Part shown: positions 61,021-64,000 of the stretch, in pieces | Numbering within the stretch: the stretch's first letter is position 1 | Layout of the letters: every line of letters starts with the position of its first letter | NCBI RefSeq assembly: GCF_009834535.1 | Contig: NC_045714.1 | Coordinates: forward strand, 7,068,001 to 7,132,000 | Origin: Camelus ferus | Taxonomy: Eukaryota | Reading direction: 5' to 3' | DNA: 64,000 nt | Notes under the pieces: model-generated | The model's database searches: none | Seen by the model: the letters and a program-made list of their open reading frames with translations, nothing else | What the model was told of the DNA's origin: nothing | Made by a program: the position numbers and the translations under genes

Positions 61021-61229
61021 AGCTGACATGTAAGGACTTCTATCTTTAAAAGGAAAAAAGGGAGGATGGCTCCTGGGGATGGTTAGCTGACTTTCATATA
61101 CACAGTGATTACTTAGAACTTACAGCCAAGAGTGAATTAAGTCACTTACAGCCCAAAAAAAAGCAACTTTAAAAAATATATTTTCCCCTCTTTTTAAGTA
61201 AAAGAAACTGCATTAAATTTAGAGGTGTA

Positions 61230-61560
61230 ATCTTAATAGCTAGCAGTTATTGAGAGCATATTATGTGCAAGAACCTGGGTTAAGTGTTGCACATGTGTTA
61301 GCTCAGTGAAGTCTCATAACAACACTTCAAATAAAGTGCTATTTTAATTCACATTTTATAGGTGAGGAAACTGAGGCTTATGGGGGTTAAATGATTTGAG
61401 TAAGGTCTGAAAACTAGGAAGAGCCAGACCCAGGATTCAGCCTAGAGAACCAGGCTCCAGAATCTGCTTGCTTGGCTCCGTATACGCTACTGCTTCACCT
61501 AGGAAATGGGGATAAAAATCACCACTTTCTGAGGATAAAGTGAGAAACAACCACCTGGAA
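61230..61560 (-). mobile_element. MIR
   Basis: cacattttataggtgaggaaactgaggcttatgggggttaaatgatttg. Confidence 0.75.
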
Positions 61561-61825
61561 GAGGACACAGAACAGCTTATTTACTTATTTTTTGATAATA
61601 CGTTTAAATTTACTCAAATTTAAATTTAAAAAATAAATCTAAATTTAAAAAATTTAAAATGAAAATTTACTCAATTTCAATATATGGTAGTTAAGTCCTT
61701 TAATTAAAAACTATTTTTCTAAGTAAGAGTGCTTGTAAAACAGATCAAATTTGTACAGAATCAATACTAGAGCTCCTCTCCGGGCCTCTGACGACTCCCT
61801 GCCCAAACAGCACTCATTCCTCTAG

Positions 61826-62050
61826 GGCAGGGTCTGGCAAACTGGGACACACAGGCCGCCTCCAGCTGCCCCCTCACCCTGCCTGTTTTTGTAAATAAAT
61901 TTTACTGGGACCCAGGCACAACTTTTGCTTCAGATTGTCTACAGCTGCTTTGGTACTGTAAAGCCAATGTTGAATAGTTGTGCCAGAGACTGAGTATTAG
62001 AAATATTCACTATCTGACTCTGCACAAAAAAAGTTTACCAAAGCCTGCTC
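61826..62050. mobile_element. MER58A
   Basis: cagggtctggcaaact...tttttgtaaataaattttactgg...aagtttaccaaagcctg. Confidence 0.75.
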
Positions 62051-62129
62051 TCAAGCTGATCGATTGCATTTTTGTCTGTTATTTCCACCTCTTTTTCATG
62101 TCTTTGAATATGTCTGTGTATGTATGCAA

Positions 62130-62295
62130 TTATACAAACACACATCTACACACAAACACACACATCTGTATGCATGTACATGTACACACACATACAATGT
62201 ACATGCACACACACATGTAAAGGCACACATGTACAACATGCACACATGTATATGCACACATGTGCATGCACACAACACACACACATATGCACACG
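62130..62295. repeat. CA/TG-rich low-complexity tract
   Basis: cacacatgtacaacatgcacacatgtatatgcac... Confidence 0.85.
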
Positions 62296-62667
62296 TGTAT
62301 TTTAGGTAAGTGGAGTCATACTATGTATATTGTTGTACATAACATATCTTGGAGACCTTTCCATTTCAGTGCCTATGAGGCAGAGGGCTCTGTTTTTTAA
62401 GGAAGGCATATGAAATCATGGTCTGGAAGTACCATAATTTATTTGATTTTTCCCCACTCCACTGATGAACATAAAGTTTGTTTCCAATTTCTGTCAGCCA
62501 TCTTGAAGGAGTTGTCAAAATGTCTTTGAAAACCTAATTGTAGCCGCCATTCACTTAATTTGTTAAATGTTAAGTCTTTGTAGCAGGGAGGCTAACTTCA
62601 TTCCATGTTAGAGTTTCTTACACACAGTAAACAGGTCCAAAAATATATGCTGCATTTTGGATCTTAN

Positions 62668-62804
62668 NNNNNNNNNNNNNNNNNNNNNNNNNNNNNNNNN
62701 NNNNNNNNNNNNNNNNNNNNNNNNNNNNNNNNNNNNNNNNNNNNNNNNNNNNNNNNNNNNNNNNNNNNNNNNNNNNNNNNNNNNNNNNNNNNNNNNNNNN
62801 NNNN
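62668..62804 (-). CDS. Putative hidden exon (<=137 nt) of an unidentified minus-strand gene, inside N-run 62667-62806
   Basis: Minus strand reads ...ttttaaagcttcgtgtttc[NN = ag?] before the gap and [N = g?]taagatcc after it. This gives TTTCAG/GTAAGA if 2+1 bases are hidden. Exon sequence is not visible and coding status is inferred. Confidence 0.5.
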
Positions 62805-63709
62805 NNGAAACACGAAGCTTTAAAATGCATTTTAAATAAGACAGAAGGAGATCTGAACTCAGTGGAAGAAATCCAGCTTACTCCAGAGCAGATGATAGCT
62901 ATATATAACAAAAAATGGAGCCAAAAGTCACACCTTAATTTGCGTGTTGTTTAAAGCAGGCAGGTTCTTCTCTTTCTTTCTGAGAATTAGAACTGTGCAA
63001 AACCAGAGGATGAAAAATGCCAGCTATTAAGTTCCAGGATAAAACCTGCGTGAAATTTTCTATTTTACAAAACCAAATAGCCGAGTTTTACCAACCTGCG
63101 GGTCAGTTTCTGGTGGGAGCACCTGCTTAGCTACTTCCCTTCCTTCGTACAGTAACATTTTCCTACCTGAGAATCTCATTTTCCCTTTTTTTGGACTCTA
63201 CAAAGTTTCCCTTTGTTCTGAGACTTATCTGTGGGCTTGATGTGAATTTTCCACTTTGTTTGGTGCGTTTCCATTTATAAGCCGTGTTTTTCTCACCCTC
63301 TCTGCTTCATGCTCAGTTTATTTCCCCTAAAGATCAAGAAAATGACTGTGAAAAGTTTGTTCACGTTTTGAGGTGGCCTCAATTCTACTTCTGTTCTCTG
63401 GAATCTGCCACCCACCCTCCCTAGCTCTTGACTTCTTTGCTTTTTCCTTCCTGCTTTAGCGTTTGGCCATGGTGAATCTTAAAACCTCCTACTTTTTTGA
63501 TTACTAATATTCCCTTTGTTCTTACAATTTTGTGTCTTCCTTTGCTTCTTTGTTCTTTGTTTTCAGTCTCTCTGACCTATTGCTTCTCTGTGATTGTCTT
63601 CCTACCCTGAGTGATTTTGAGGTGCATATTAAACATCTGAGGCCCAGGATGCTTGTTTTCTCCTAATATCTCCCTTTCTAAGGAATTGAACCCCAAAGGT
63701 TATCCAGGC

Positions 63710-64000
63710 CTGTGTCACTGAGAAGAACATGACCTAGCCCAGCCTTTTGCGGTGCTAAGTGCGACGACTTGACCAATTTCTGGCCAAAGGGATGTAAGCA
63801 GAAGTGCTCTTTGCCACTATTTGGGGGCATTTTTGCCCAGAGAGGCCACTGGCTGCGTGCTTGCTGGAAGGAGGTTGTGTGGGCTGGTGGTAGAGGGACT
63901 CGCCTGGATCTAGACAATGGAAATCATGTGTTGACCTTGGTACATCTGATAACCAGAGACACAGGTGAACCTGGGCATCTCAGTAAGGCCAAGAGATAAC
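63710..64000 (+). mobile_element. MLT1-like LTR running off the window end
   Basis: tgaccaatttctggccaaagggatgtaagcagaagtg. Confidence 0.55.

Noticed and set aside
35450-62806. Plus-strand interpretation of the hidden exons
   Set aside because: It needs weak donors (GTAGAG, GTGAAA, GTTTGT, GTTTTT) and ignores the fully visible minus-strand sites at 36153 and 36349. Less likely but not excluded.
1-64000. Prokaryotic or phage systems, CRISPR arrays, rRNA/tRNA genes, NUMT
   Set aside because: No repeat-spacer arrays, operon-like ORF density, or recognisable structural-RNA or mitochondrial sequence. Content is mammalian repeats.

Overview
Mammalian nuclear DNA, not prokaryotic. I see no operons, CRISPR arrays, rRNA or tRNA genes, and no long credible ORF. 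A large share is ancient eutherian interspersed repeat (MIR, L2, L1M/HAL1, MLT1/MaLR, ERVL-type LTRs, hAT MITEs). A young L1 3' end at 12.45 kb resembles camelid/cetartiodactyl L1 tails, and I saw no Alu, B1/B2, Bov-tA, PRE1, ERE or Can-SINE, so a camelid source is my tentative guess. Six short N-runs (140-300 nt) look non-random: five are flanked by minus-strand splice-site remnants, so they probably hide exons of a large minus-strand gene that I cannot name. Best leads: (1) the hidden exon cluster in a nearly repeat-free block at about 33.5-37.7 kb, with candidate poison and alternative-last exons; (2) a CpG-rich, LTR-like intronic promoter at 46.5-46.9 kb; (3) a TSD-flanked chimeric L1 tail; (4) a divergent CTCF pair. 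No new biological system is demonstrated. Repeat family names come from recalled consensus sequences, not a database search, and most repeat boundaries are approximate (about +/-30 bp).
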